The notes below the pieces were generated by a model. The model was not told the origin of the DNA and searched no databases. It saw only the letters and a list, made by a program, of their open reading frames with translations. Positions 1 to 10,590 of a DNA stretch of 64,000 bases are shown here, piece by piece. A program made the translations under genes and the position numbers. Numbering within the stretch: position 1 is the first letter of the stretch; the number at the start of each line of letters is the position of its first letter. This stretch comes from Bacillota bacterium (GTDB lineage: Bacteria > Bacillota > Clostridia > Christensenellales > SZUA-584), in NCBI GenBank assembly GCA_023460085.1, contig JAEWRI010000046.1, positions 202,750 to 266,749 on the forward strand, in the 5' to 3' direction.

Positions 1-77
1 CGTCGCGGTCATAGCCCAGCTCGAAAGATTTAATGCCCACTGTCTCCCATTCCTTTACGATGTTGTTCGTCTCCGGC

Positions 78-1028
78 TTATACCCTTTTATTGCGCCGGC
101 TCAGGCTGTCGAATACGACCACGACAAAGAGCACGATACCGGTAATTACCTTCTGCCAATAATCGTTTGCGCCGATGATGGACATGCCATTGTTCAAAAC
201 GCCAATAATCGCCGCGCCGATAATTGCACCGGGGATATTGCCCTTTCCGCCGTTTACGCTGACGCCGCCTAAAACCGCCGCGGTCAGCACGTTCATCTCA
301 AACCCTTCCGCGATATTCGGCTGCCCCGAACCTACGCGGCTCAGCATCACCAGCCCGGCAATACCCGTCAGAAATCCCAGCAGCGTATAGGTCATGGTAC
401 GGGTAAAATGAATGTTTATTCCGGCCAGTCTGGTCGCTTCCGTATTGCTTCCCAGCGCATAAAAGTGTCGTCCGATATAGGTCTTGGTCAGCAGTATGAT
501 ACCAAATGCAATGACCGCGGCCATTATCACCCCGGGTATGGGAATTACCTTGAAAACATACCCCTGACCAATCACTTTCAAATAGTCGGGTATTCCATAT
601 ACCGGATACCCCTTTGACAGCAGAAAGGTTGCGCCGCGCAGTGCGGTCATCATCGCCAGCGTTGCAATCAGCGGCGGTATCCCCGTTTTGCTAATCGTAA
701 AACCGTTGAACCATCCTATTCCCGTCGTCAGCGCAATACCGAGTATGACGGCAAGTATCGGGTTGAATTTCAGGCTGTCAATCATCAGCGCGACAGAGAT
801 GTTCATAATCGCTATCTGCGAACCGACAGACAAGTCCAGGCCGCCGCCCAGCAGAACGAACGTAAACCCGACCGTTACAATGCTCATCATGGATATTTGC
901 CGGACGATGTTCATGGCATTGCCCAATGTGGAAAATGCGGGCGACAGAATTGAAAATACGACCACCAGCAATATCAATACGACGATAATCGCATATTTCT
1001 TTACAAATCTTGAAAGCGTCTGTGTCAT
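78..1028 (-). CDS. Monosaccharide ABC transporter permease (RbsC/AraH type)
   Basis: 316-aa polytopic membrane ORF with ATG at 1026-1028. Last gene of a binding-protein / double-NBD ATPase / permease operon. Sequence pattern fits the ribose/xylose-type permease family. Confidence 0.85.
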   Translation of the reverse strand: MTQTLSRFVKKYAIIVVLILLVVVFSILSPAFSTLGNAMNIVRQISMMSIVTVGFTFVLLGGGLDLSVGSQIAIMNISVALMIDSLKFNPILAVILGIALTTGIGWFNGFTISKTGIPPLIATLAMMTALRGATFLLSKGYPVYGIPDYLKVIGQGYVFKVIPIPGVIMAAVIAFGIILLTKTYIGRHFYALGSNTEATRLAGINIHFTRTMTYTLLGFLTGIAGLVMLSRVGSGQPNIAEGFEMNVLTAAVLGGVSVNGGKGNIPGAIIGAAIIGVLNNGMSIIGANDYWQKVITGIVLFVVVVFDSLSRRNKRV

Positions 1029-1037
1029 AAAACCCTC

Positions 1038-2540
1038 CTAAGCAATGCCCGATGCCATGGTGAGCACCTTATTTTGCGAGAACTCTTCTCTGTCCAGAAA
1101 ACCAACGATTCTTTTTTCATTCAGAACCATCAGCCGGTCGGAAATATTGAGCAGCTCATCCAGCTCTGAAGAAATGAATATGATTGCCATGCCTTGTTTG
1201 GCAAACTCCCCGATCAGGTGATAAATCTCCTGTTTTGCGTTGACATCCACGCCTCTCGTCGGCTCGTCCAGAATCAGAATGCCCGGTTTGCTGGCAAGCC
1301 ACTTGGCCAGTACCACCTTTTGCTGATTGCCGCCGCTGAGACTCTCGGCATTGTCGTTCATGCTCGCCGCTTTGATCATCAGGTTGCACTTTTGAGCATC
1401 CACGATGGCTTTTTCCCGGCTCTTGCTGAGAAAGCCCCTGTTCGAAATCCTTTGCAAGATAGGCAGCGTGATATTCCAGGAGATTGGCAGGGAAAGTATC
1501 GCGCCATGCTGCTTCCTGTCTTCGGGGACATAGGCGATGCCAAATGAGACTGCCTGTTTGGGAGTCCTTATCGAAACCGGCTTTCCGTTGATAAGGATTT
1601 TCCCGCACTCCGCTTTGTCTGCTCCGAAAAGTATGCGTGCCAGCTCCGTTCTCCCGGCACCCAGCAGACCGGCGATCCCCAGTATTTCTCCGCTGCGTAC
1701 CTTGAACGAGATGTCCTCCAGCCCGTTTCCGCCGAGCTCCTGGGTCTCCAGCACGACCTCCCCCTTCTCCCAGGTGGATTCAAATTCGATTTCCTCCACC
1801 TCTCGGTTGGCCATATGGCGAATCAGTTCCTGACGGGTGATGTCCTCCGTACGGGTGGTCAGTATCTTTTTCCCGTCCCGCAGCACCGTCACGCGATCCG
1901 AGATGCGATAAAGCTCATCCAGACGATGAGAAATATAAATGATGGTTACGCCCTGTCGCTTCAGATGGCCTATCAGTTCAAACAGATCCTCGGTCTCTTT
2001 CGTGGACAAGGGAGCGGTAGGCTCATCCATAATCAGAATATTGGCATTCTTGGCAATCGCTTTTGCGATTTCGACCAGCTGCATCTTGGCGGTCGTCATA
2101 TCCTCAATCAGTTCCGCGGGACTGATATTGATTTTCATGCTGTCCAGAACCTTCCGGGCTCTTTCGATATATTTCTTCTTATGATAAAAGCGGCTCTTAT
2201 CATCCGATATTTTTTCGTCACCCATATAGATGTTTTCTGCTACTGACAGCGAAGGAAACAAATTAAATTCCTGATAAATGGTAGAGACGCCCACATTTTG
2301 GGCAAGGTGCGGCGTCATCTTTTCAAAAACCTGATCCTTGAACACCAGCCTGCCGGAATCCGCCACCTCCGCGCCCGATATAATTTTGATTAACGTCGAT
2401 TTTCCGGCGCCGTTCTCACCGACCAGCGCATGGGTCTCCCCTTTGTGAAAATCGATAGACACATCATCCAGGGCTTGTATGCCCGCGTAGCGTTTGGAAA
2501 TATTCTGTATAGACAGCACATTGTCTGCGATGTTCGTCAT
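1038..2540 (-). CDS. Sugar ABC transporter ATP-binding protein with duplicated NBDs (RbsA/MglA type)
   Basis: Walker A GENGAGKST in the first half. Second NBD has GLLGAGRTE and signature LSGGNQQK. Start moved to MTNIADN (ATG 2538-2540), directly behind GGAGGAAAG, rather than the track start at 2570. Confidence 0.9.
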   Translation of the reverse strand: MTNIADNVLSIQNISKRYAGIQALDDVSIDFHKGETHALVGENGAGKSTLIKIISGAEVADSGRLVFKDQVFEKMTPHLAQNVGVSTIYQEFNLFPSLSVAENIYMGDEKISDDKSRFYHKKKYIERARKVLDSMKINISPAELIEDMTTAKMQLVEIAKAIAKNANILIMDEPTAPLSTKETEDLFELIGHLKRQGVTIIYISHRLDELYRISDRVTVLRDGKKILTTRTEDITRQELIRHMANREVEEIEFESTWEKGEVVLETQELGGNGLEDISFKVRSGEILGIAGLLGAGRTELARILFGADKAECGKILINGKPVSIRTPKQAVSFGIAYVPEDRKQHGAILSLPISWNITLPILQRISNRGFLSKSREKAIVDAQKCNLMIKAASMNDNAESLSGGNQQKVVLAKWLASKPGILILDEPTRGVDVNAKQEIYHLIGEFAKQGMAIIFISSELDELLNISDRLMVLNEKRIVGFLDREEFSQNKVLTMASGIA

Positions 2541-2671
2541 TCTTTCCTCCCTCTTTCTATGATCCATCAAGCTGCGCAGCCTGATTTCGAAAACCGCACT
2601 GTACGCATTTCCTCATACGAAATGCGTACAGTACAGGCGTTCTTTTAATAGAAAGTCCCAGCTCGTGCTTG

Positions 2672-3688
2672 TTATTTGTTCAAATAATCCTGAACGTTAG
2701 CCATTGTCACGGGCACCGTATCATAGATGATGTTTCCTTCAACGGATTCCCCTTTGCTTGCCGCCACGCAGATGTCGACAGCACCGGGCAGCGCGTCATA
2801 CGCACCCGACATCACGGTTCCGCGATAGCACGTACCCGCCCCAATCAGTTCCAGCGCCTTCGGATCGCCGTCCGCTCCGAAGAGACCGATGGTATCGCCG
2901 ACATGTCCTTCCGCGTTCCAAACTTCATACGCGCCCAGAACACCGGTGTCATTGATACCGCAGATGATCTGCATGTTGGGATGCGCCTGCAGGAAATTCT
3001 CTCCGAGTACGACGCCTTCGTCGCCCACACCGGCCTTCTGCCTGTCTACAATCTGCACATTCGGAGCTTTTTCTGCCAGGGCGTCGGCAATACCGTTTGC
3101 TCTGTCGATGATGATGGGGATGTCCGGATAATCGAAGATACCGGCTTCAATGACTTCCTGTGCCTTAAGCTCCGAATTCGCGTTTACCCAGTCCGCCGCC
3201 ATGGTTCCCACCTGATACCCATACAGGTAGTTGTCCAGATTCAGCGAGCCCTGCGCGCCTTCCACAAAACCATCATACGTCATCACGAAGATACCTTTGT
3301 CGACCGCGGCCTTAACAGCATCCGCAATTCCAACATCGTCAAAAACGACCATGATGATTGCCGTGCATCCCATGGAAATGAAGTTTTCCAGTGACGAAAT
3401 CTGCTTGTTCAAATCATAATTTTCATCGGATACAACCACATCTACTCCCAGTTCATCGCACCGGCCCTGAATGATTTCCACCATCTTTGAGTAGAAAAGA
3501 TTCTGGGTAGTTCCCATGGAAACGCCAATTTTCACGGGACGGGCATCCGCAGACGGACTTTCATTGGCTGCCGAAGAGGACGCGCTCACGGCCGCAGAGG
3601 AACCATCCCCGGACACTTTCGCACCGCATCCAGCCGCCATAACAAGCAGCATCGCAACAGCCAAACCAATCAAAACAAATTTTTTCAC
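2672..3688 (-). CDS. Sugar-binding lipoprotein of the ABC transporter (RbsB-like periplasmic-binding fold)
   Basis: GTG start preceded by AAAGGAGGAG. Signal peptide with lipobox (..MAAGC). Ser/Ala-rich linker followed by a type-I periplasmic binding protein pattern. First gene of the ABC operon. Confidence 0.8.
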   Translation of the reverse strand: MKKFVLIGLAVAMLLVMAAGCGAKVSGDGSSAAVSASSSAANESPSADARPVKIGVSMGTTQNLFYSKMVEIIQGRCDELGVDVVVSDENYDLNKQISSLENFISMGCTAIIMVVFDDVGIADAVKAAVDKGIFVMTYDGFVEGAQGSLNLDNYLYGYQVGTMAADWVNANSELKAQEVIEAGIFDYPDIPIIIDRANGIADALAEKAPNVQIVDRQKAGVGDEGVVLGENFLQAHPNMQIICGINDTGVLGAYEVWNAEGHVGDTIGLFGADGDPKALELIGAGTCYRGTVMSGAYDALPGAVDICVAASKGESVEGNIIYDTVPVTMANVQDYLNK

Positions 3689-4129
3689 ACCTAATCTCCT
3701 CCTTTTTCTATGTTTCCATCCTTCGGCCTGCTGACCGAAATATAAATCAAAACGAAATACACCCGGCTCGTATGATGCGCTGCCGCAGCCTACGCGGCAT
3801 CAAACCGGCGGCCGTGCAATCATCATATACTCCGCATTGCTGTGATAGAAAGCGGTTAAATTCGCCATCTGTCTCTTTTTGTTTTTTTACATTGCGAAAG
3901 CCGTTCCCCAATAACCCTTTCCGGTATTCCAACCTCTTTTTTCGCTGCACGCAGCCTGTCAAACTGACATGGGCGCAGGCAACATTGTATTGGGTAAATG
4001 AAACTTGTTTTGGTTGATACTTAACACTATCATTTAATTTTAAGTATGATTATAGGACCTCTTTTTCGGTATGTCAAGCCATGAATAGATACATTTTTCT
4101 CTTTTTTTATTGCGTTTATAAAGAGGTTT

Positions 4130-5305
4130 ATGTTAAAGTATAAGTGTAATTTCCAACTTGAACCGGGGGCGACTGACGTGGAGAATAAAGGTGTAACTTC
4201 GCTGAACGTAAAAATGATAAACCGAAATAATGTCTATAACCTGATATACAAGGAAATTTCCACGTCGAAACTTCAAATTGTTCAGAAGCTGGAGATGGGT
4301 ATATCCACCGTAAGTCAGAACATCAAGACGCTGGAAGAGGATGGCCTCGTCGAACGGAATGGGTCCTTTGATTCCACAGGCGGACGCAAGGCGGACATCA
4401 TTCAGATTATTCGCACGGCCCGGGTTTCCATCGGAGTCGGTATTTTAAAGGAATCGGTATTTATTGTCGCGGTCGATTTGTACGGAACCGTAATGCAGTC
4501 TGTTGCATTGAATATTCCCTATGAAACTACCCGGGACTATTATAAAACGCTGGGAGACAGAATCAATGAGTTTATCCGGGACAACCGGATCGATCCCGAA
4601 TCCGTATTGGGCGTTTCCATTGCGACCCAGGGCATTATCTCGTCTGACGGACAGTCTGTCAGTTACGGCGTCATTATGGATAACTCCGAAATGAAGCTGT
4701 CCCGCTTCTCGGAATTCATTCCTTATCCATGCCGTCTGGAGCATGACTGTAAGGCGGCAGCGTATCTGGAACTGTGGAAAAACAAGGACATCGACAGCGC
4801 GGCCGTTTTGCTTCTGAACCGCAATTTCGGCGGTTCCATTATCATCAACCGGCAAATTCACCAAGGAGCCCATATGCACGGCGGTGCTATCGAGCATTTA
4901 TGCATCAATAAGGACGGTCCTCTTTGCTACTGCGGAAATCGCGGCTGTCTGGAAACGTATTGCTCCGCAAACACGATTGAAAACTCATCCGGCATGAACA
5001 TTCAAACTTTTTTTGGGAATCTGAGAAAAGGCGTCAACACCTGCATTCAAATCTGGTCGGACTATCTGGACAAGCTGGCGTTTGCCATACGTAATCTGGG
5101 CATCATCGTAGACGGCCACATCATTATAAGCGGCTATCTGGCACCGTTCTTTGTCGAAGACGATATCACCTATCTGCTGCACGCAACAAACTCCCCTCCC
5201 TTCCCGGTAGAGCGGAGTCAGATACTTGTAGGAACATACGGACAGTACACCCCCGCTGCCGGAGCTGCCCTGTATTACTTGGAAGAATTCCTGAAATCCG
5301 TATAG
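4130..5305 (+). CDS. ROK-family transcriptional regulator (XylR/NagC-like)
   Basis: N-terminal winged-helix region (NRNNVYNLIYKE..ISTVSQNIKTLEEDGLV) plus a ROK sugar-kinase-like domain with Cys cluster CYCGNRGCLE. Divergent from the sugar ABC operon. The true start could be an internal Met (MINRNN). Confidence 0.8.
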   Translation: MLKYKCNFQLEPGATDVENKGVTSLNVKMINRNNVYNLIYKEISTSKLQIVQKLEMGISTVSQNIKTLEEDGLVERNGSFDSTGGRKADIIQIIRTARVSIGVGILKESVFIVAVDLYGTVMQSVALNIPYETTRDYYKTLGDRINEFIRDNRIDPESVLGVSIATQGIISSDGQSVSYGVIMDNSEMKLSRFSEFIPYPCRLEHDCKAAAYLELWKNKDIDSAAVLLLNRNFGGSIIINRQIHQGAHMHGGAIEHLCINKDGPLCYCGNRGCLETYCSANTIENSSGMNIQTFFGNLRKGVNTCIQIWSDYLDKLAFAIRNLGIIVDGHIIISGYLAPFFVEDDITYLLHATNSPPFPVERSQILVGTYGQYTPAAGAALYYLEEFLKSV

Positions 5306-5344
5306 CTCATTCCCCTCAATGTAAAGCGTCAAAGCGCAAGGCGC

Positions 5345-6073
5345 TCAGTTTTGCTGCGAGGCCTTGCGGCGCTTCGCTGTCAGGGCGCCAATCATCTTCA
5401 ATATCTTGTTCTTGAATTTCGCCAGCAGAAAAACCAGTATACACAGCACAGCCAGCAATATCCCCGACATCAGATAGCCCCCCTTAAGTATCTTGCTGCC
5501 TGCAGCGCAAAGCACGAGCACCGGAAGGAAACTGCCGCAGTACACCGCCAGCGCATAGTGCAGTGTGCGGATCTTCGTTTTCGCGGCCACATAAGGAATA
5601 AAGCCGTTGGGCAAAATCGGGATGAGGCAGGCCACCACCGTCATGTATGCAGGCGTATCGGATTTTAGCAGAAAGTCGAGCTTGGAGTCCTTTCTTTCTA
5701 TGGGCCTGAGCTTATCCATCTGCACCCCGAACCGCCGCGCCGCCATGAAAACAATCACGCTGGCCGCCACTGAGGAGAGATGGCACACGAAAAAGCTGCG
5801 CCACGCGCCGTATACGATACCGGCGGCAATCTGTATCGGCGCGCCCGGCAACACCACGGAGACAACCTGCACCACCTGAAGCAGCGCGGTGCACACCAGT
5901 CCGGAAAGCCTGTCGCTTGAGCGCAGATAATGCTCTATCTCGGCAACATTGCCGCTCTGCAGCAGCGGTATCAATTCCGGCATGGCCTGCAAAAACGCAA
6001 AATAAACAAGCCCTGTGGCGAGAAACAGAATAATCACCGCGGCAGCCATGCGAATCAACAGATTCTTGATCAT
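5345..6073 (-). CDS. TVP38/TMEM64 (DedA-related) membrane protein
   Basis: 242-aa multi-TM ORF with the VLPGAPIQIAAGIVYG-type core typical of the SNARE-associated/TVP38 family. Confidence 0.6.
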   Translation of the reverse strand: MIKNLLIRMAAAVIILFLATGLVYFAFLQAMPELIPLLQSGNVAEIEHYLRSSDRLSGLVCTALLQVVQVVSVVLPGAPIQIAAGIVYGAWRSFFVCHLSSVAASVIVFMAARRFGVQMDKLRPIERKDSKLDFLLKSDTPAYMTVVACLIPILPNGFIPYVAAKTKIRTLHYALAVYCGSFLPVLVLCAAGSKILKGGYLMSGILLAVLCILVFLLAKFKNKILKMIGALTAKRRKASQQN

Positions 6074-6243
6074 CCGAATCTCTCTTTCCCGAATCAGAAA
6101 AATATCCTTGTATGTTTTGATTATATACCAACGCAGCCATAAATATCTATATTTTTATCCTTTCGTATGCCAACCTGCGCACGATATCCGTGGCCTTTTG
6201 ATACGCTTTCTGATATAATTCACGCAATTACAGGAGATAGCCG

Positions 6244-7011
6244 ATGAAAGAATACATTGTCAGCCGCACCGGAGCTGCGCTTCGATTTCATGATCTTCCG
6301 GGAGAGGGTACCCCCATACTGTTTGTTCACGGTCTCGGGTGCGCAAGCTCATCGGACTATCCGCAGGTGGCGGCCCAGCCGCAGCTGAACAGCCACCGCC
6401 GAATACTTGTAGATCTGCTGGGCGCGGGTTTCAGCGACAAACCGGAGGATTTCGGCTATACCGCCGACGACCACGCGGAAACGCTTGCAGAGCTTGTGGA
6501 GGGTCTCGGTATTCAGCGTTTCGTTCTGTTTGGCCATAGTCTGGGCGGCGCCGTCGCAATCACATTGGTGGTTAAAAGCAAAAAGCAGGTCGATCGGCTC
6601 ATACTGAGCGAAGCCAACCTCGACGCGAGCGGAGAGGGCTCAACGAGCAAAACGATTGCCGGATTTGAACTGCAGGAATTTCTGACCAATGGCTTCAGGG
6701 AGCTCATTCGGAGCAGCCGGGAAGAAGGAAACGGAACATGGGCAGCCTCTCTTTCGCTGTGGCTGCCCAAAGCCGCTTACCGGCTCTCGCGCTGTGCCGC
6801 AGAAAATCGCCGCCCCTCGTGGCGCGACATGCTGTACTCGCTGGACTGCCCCCGGACATTCATCTTCGGGGAGAGGTCTCTGCCTGATACGGATACGGAA
6901 GCGCTGGCTGCACACGGCATCCGCATCGAAATCGTTCGCGGCGCAGGCCATTCGATGGCATGGGAAAATCCCGCCGGACTGGCACAGGCGATACAAGCCG
7001 GAATGCAATAA
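6244..7011 (+). CDS. Alpha/beta hydrolase
   Basis: HGLG oxyanion region (LFVHGLGC), nucleophile elbow GHSLGG and a C-terminal GAGH histidine motif. Confidence 0.8.
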   Translation: MKEYIVSRTGAALRFHDLPGEGTPILFVHGLGCASSSDYPQVAAQPQLNSHRRILVDLLGAGFSDKPEDFGYTADDHAETLAELVEGLGIQRFVLFGHSLGGAVAITLVVKSKKQVDRLILSEANLDASGEGSTSKTIAGFELQEFLTNGFRELIRSSREEGNGTWAASLSLWLPKAAYRLSRCAAENRRPSWRDMLYSLDCPRTFIFGERSLPDTDTEALAAHGIRIEIVRGAGHSMAWENPAGLAQAIQAGMQ

Positions 7012-7041
7012 CGCTCCCATCCTGTTTTTGAGGAGGTTTCA

Positions 7042-7530
7042 ATGGATATACACTTTGGCAGCATCGGCAGGGATCAGCTGGAAGCATGCGCCGCGCTGAT
7101 CCGTGAAAGCTTTTTAACCGTCGCGGAGGAATTCGGATTGACACAGGAGAACTGCCCCACGAACGGCGCCTTTCTCAAAGCGGATCGCCTCGCCACGGAT
7201 ATGGACAAGGGCAACGCGCTGTTCGGCCTGTACGAGGGCACTGCGCTGGTGGGCTTTATGGAACTGGAGCAGGGCAGGGATGACGCGGTAATACTGGAGA
7301 AGCTGGCTGTGCTGCCCGCCTGCCGACACCGCGGATACGGCAAAAATCTGTTGGACTACGCCAAGGGAACGGCGCACGGCATGGGCGCCCGCAAACTGCT
7401 CGCTGCAATCATTGAGGAGAACACGGTGCTGAAGCAGTGGTATCTGGACAACGGATTTATCCATACCGGCATGAGAAAGTTTGACCACTTGCCTTTCACC
7501 GTAGGTTTTTTGGAATGTGAAATATTCTAA
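7042..7530 (+). CDS. GNAT family N-acetyltransferase
   Basis: AGGAGG RBS 5 nt upstream of the ATG. Acetyl-CoA binding motif region (RHRGYGKNLL). Confidence 0.75.
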   Translation: MDIHFGSIGRDQLEACAALIRESFLTVAEEFGLTQENCPTNGAFLKADRLATDMDKGNALFGLYEGTALVGFMELEQGRDDAVILEKLAVLPACRHRGYGKNLLDYAKGTAHGMGARKLLAAIIEENTVLKQWYLDNGFIHTGMRKFDHLPFTVGFLECEIF

Positions 7531-7544
7531 CCGGAGGATTCAGT

Positions 7545-7979
7545 TTGATAACACTGCGGGAAATTGACCGGAACAACTTCTGGGACTGCGTATCGCTTTC
7601 CGTGGCGGACGTGCAGCAGGAGTTCGTTACAACCAACGCTGTTTCCATCGCGCAGGCGAAGGTGCAGCCGGAGTGCATGCCTCTGGCCGTTTACGACGGC
7701 GATACGATGGTAGGGTTTCTGATGTACTGCATTGACGAGGATGACGGCGAATACTGGATCTATCGCATGATGATCGACAAAGCGCATCAATCGCGTGGAT
7801 ATGGCGCACAGGCGCTGAAGCTTCTGCTGGATGTCATCCGGCAGGACGCCTCCCGCCATTGCGTATACCTGGGCGTGCATCCCGAAAGCATTGCCGCCGT
7901 AAAGCTCTACGAGCATGCGGGCTTTGCATTCACCGGGCAGGTATTCGGCAGCGAACATATTATGAAGCTGGAGTATTGA
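7545..7979 (+). CDS. GNAT family N-acetyltransferase (spermidine/diamine acetyltransferase-like)
   Basis: TTG start behind GGAGGA. Q/RxxGxG/A-type motif (HQSRGYGAQAL). Confidence 0.7.
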   Translation: MITLREIDRNNFWDCVSLSVADVQQEFVTTNAVSIAQAKVQPECMPLAVYDGDTMVGFLMYCIDEDDGEYWIYRMMIDKAHQSRGYGAQALKLLLDVIRQDASRHCVYLGVHPESIAAVKLYEHAGFAFTGQVFGSEHIMKLEY

Positions 7980-7983
7980 GGGT

Positions 7984-8292
7984 ATGGATAAAAGCCTGAC
8001 AGGGATATGCGGTGCGTACTGCGGCTATTGCGAATGGAAGGACAGAATGAACTGTCCCGGCTGCCCCGCGTGTCACGGCAACCCATTCTGGGGAGAGTGC
8101 GCCATCGCGCGGTGCGCAATGGACCGCGATTTCACGCACTGCGGGGAATGCCCCGCGCTTCCCTGTGCCGCGCGTCAGGCCGCCTTCGATCATCCGGAAC
8201 ACGGCGATCGCGGCGAAAGGCTGTGCAATCTGAAGCACTGGGCGCAAGGAGTTGATACCTGCCTGCGGCTGCGGGCATTGCCGAAAAAATAA
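7984..8292 (+). CDS. Cys-rich small protein (DUF3795-like)
   Basis: 102 aa with CGxYCxxC...CxGC..C...C.IxxC...C.xCxxxPC spacing, as seen in DUF3795 proteins. Confidence 0.55.
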   Translation: MDKSLTGICGAYCGYCEWKDRMNCPGCPACHGNPFWGECAIARCAMDRDFTHCGECPALPCAARQAAFDHPEHGDRGERLCNLKHWAQGVDTCLRLRALPKK

Positions 8293-8399
8293 CACGCGCA
8301 AGGCCCCTTATTCATCCGTCGATGCCGAGAAAACAGCATGAACATCCTCCCCGTGAAGGTGGGGTGGCATCCATGCCGTTTCCTCCCCTACTATCGGCT

Positions 8400-8951
8400 T
8401 CAGGCCTGTGTATCTACCCCGCCGTTTTCAGCCCAGTCGTCCAGCTTTTTCATCACCGCGTCATACGTCTGATTGCAGATATCGGGAAGCGTGCCGCCCA
8501 GCGCGCTGCCCGCCAGCTTGAACCCCTTGTCAATTGCCGCTTTAAGTTCCGCCAGCTTGGATGTGTCGTTGCCGGAAACCGCGATGGCAAACGCCACGAT
8601 ACGGTCACTCACGGCGTTAACGCCCCAGTATCCGTCCTCGGATATAGCCTGCTGCGCTTCCGCCGGGGTCATTTCGCTGTCAAATTCAATGGGGTCGAAT
8701 GCCGCGTTGTACACGCTACCCTGCTTGGAAAGCAGCTTCTCCACCAGCGCTCTCAGCGACGCGTTCTGCGCCTCCACCTGCTTTTTGATTGCGGCGATCT
8801 GCTCTGCGGTCGGCTTGCCGCTTCCCTGCGTATTGCTCAAATCCACAACATACGCATCTTCTTCACTCTGGCCGGCGACGCCCGCATCCCGCGTGCTTTT
8901 CACACCGGAAGAGTAATCGACTCCCCCTACGGGTTTTACTGAGTCAATCAT
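8400..8951 (-). CDS. Hypothetical protein (possibly DUF5610-like)
   Basis: 183-aa ORF with AAGGAGGG RBS. No TM segment or signal peptide. Family assignment is from memory only. Confidence 0.45.
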   Translation of the reverse strand: MIDSVKPVGGVDYSSGVKSTRDAGVAGQSEEDAYVVDLSNTQGSGKPTAEQIAAIKKQVEAQNASLRALVEKLLSKQGSVYNAAFDPIEFDSEMTPAEAQQAISEDGYWGVNAVSDRIVAFAIAVSGNDTSKLAELKAAIDKGFKLAGSALGGTLPDICNQTYDAVMKKLDDWAENGGVDTQA

Positions 8952-9129
8952 GATTTACCCTCCTTAAACCATGGTTATATTTGTTATATCGATAAATTTT
9001 CGCAAAAGATTACGCCCCTTCACATATTATCATATATTCATTGCGCCCGAAGAACAAAAGGCGCCACCTCCCGGCGGTTTCATGGTATGATAGCAGCATG
9101 ATTACGTATTTATTGCGTGCGAGGCAGCT

Positions 9130-9972
9130 ATGTGGATAGCCGCAGGCCTTCTGGCACTGCTTCTGCTCTTCTGCTTTTTTCAGAACAGCAGGGCAAGAAT
9201 CCGGCAGATTGAATACCGCAGCCGCCTCCTGCCAAAGGTACTGGACGGCTTCCTCATTGCGCATGTATCGGACGTACACAACCGCCCCGCGGGCGGGCCG
9301 GAGAGGCTGGTATCCGCACTGCGCGCACAGCGGCCCGGCCTCATCGCCATAACGGGCGATCTCATTGACCGGGATTATCCCGATATCGACGCGGCGGCAG
9401 CGCTGGTACGCGCCCTTGCCGCCATCGCGCCTGTCTGCTTCGTTTCGGGAAACCACGAATACCGCTCGGAGCGGTACGAAGAATTGCTTCCGCTGCTGCG
9501 AAAAGCGGGGGCACGCGTTTTGGACGACGGCGCGGCAATGATGGAAATCGGCGGAGTGCGTTTGACGGTTGCCGGGCTGCGCGATCCGGCCTGCTTCAAC
9601 AACCTATCGGGCCGAACCGACGATGCGGTGCGCCATGAGCGCGAAAAGACGCTGAAGACGCTGCTTCCGAAAGACGCCGCGTTCTGTCTGCTGCTCTCAC
9701 ACCGGCCGGAGTTTTTCGATATCTATGCGCGCTGCGGCGTGCCGCTGGTGCTCAGCGGACACGCCCACGGCGGACAGGCACGCTTTCCCATACCCCTGTT
9801 CTCGCCGGGGCAGGGCATGTTCCCGCGCTACACCGGAGGCATGTACCGCCGCGGCGACACCGCGATGGTGGTCAGCCGCGGCCTCGGCGGCAGGCTCACG
9901 CGTCTGCGCGTGTTCAATCCGCCGGAGGTGGTGATGGTAAGGTTGTCCAGCAAGCCTCCCTCTTTTTCTTGA
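9130..9972 (+). CDS. Membrane-anchored metallophosphoesterase (YkuE-like)
   Basis: N-terminal TM segment, then the calcineurin-like motifs SDVH, GDLID, GNHE and GHAHGG. Confidence 0.8.
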   Translation: MWIAAGLLALLLLFCFFQNSRARIRQIEYRSRLLPKVLDGFLIAHVSDVHNRPAGGPERLVSALRAQRPGLIAITGDLIDRDYPDIDAAAALVRALAAIAPVCFVSGNHEYRSERYEELLPLLRKAGARVLDDGAAMMEIGGVRLTVAGLRDPACFNNLSGRTDDAVRHEREKTLKTLLPKDAAFCLLLSHRPEFFDIYARCGVPLVLSGHAHGGQARFPIPLFSPGQGMFPRYTGGMYRRGDTAMVVSRGLGGRLTRLRVFNPPEVVMVRLSSKPPSFS

Positions 9973-10027
9973 CGCACCGCGCAAATTGCCATAATATAAG
10001 TAACAAATCCCGTTCAGGAGGACAGTC

Positions 10028-10579
10028 ATGAACGAAAACCTGTTGCAGATTTCCAGCCGCATTCGTGAGCTGAGGGAGGTGCTCGGCATCGAGGCGGAAG
10101 ACCTCGCGTCCCGCATCGGCGTTTCGCCCAAGGTGTACATGCAGTACGAAGCAGGCAGCATTGATATCCCCATCAGCAAGCTCTATGATATCGCGTATCA
10201 CCTGAACACCGACATGACGGTGCTGCTGACAGGCGAGCAGCCGCGCATGGACACGCACTGCATCGTGCGCGCGGGCCACGGCATCGACATCGAGCGCTAC
10301 CCGGGCTACCAGTATTCCAGCATCGCGTTCAACTTCAAGAACCGCGAGATGGAGCCGCTGCTGGTGACGTTGTCGCCGGAGGACAAACCCGCGCTGCCGG
10401 TGGTGCACGACGGACAGGAATTCAATTACGTGCTGGAAGGCACCGTGCGCTTAACGCTGGGCAAGAACAGCTACGATCTCCACGCGGGCGATTCCGTTTA
10501 CTTCGACCCGCGCATACCGCACGCGCAGGCAGCGGCGGGCGGCACGGCAAAGTTTCTGACCGTGATCAAAGAGAGCTGA
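10028..10579 (+). CDS. XRE-family HTH regulator with C-terminal cupin domain
   Basis: HTH region (IRELREVLGIEAEDLASRIGVSPKVY) plus cupin motifs (GQEFNYVLEG ... GDSVYFDPRIPH). Confidence 0.8.
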   Translation: MNENLLQISSRIRELREVLGIEAEDLASRIGVSPKVYMQYEAGSIDIPISKLYDIAYHLNTDMTVLLTGEQPRMDTHCIVRAGHGIDIERYPGYQYSSIAFNFKNREMEPLLVTLSPEDKPALPVVHDGQEFNYVLEGTVRLTLGKNSYDLHAGDSVYFDPRIPHAQAAAGGTAKFLTVIKES

Positions 10580-10590
10580 GGAGAGACATC

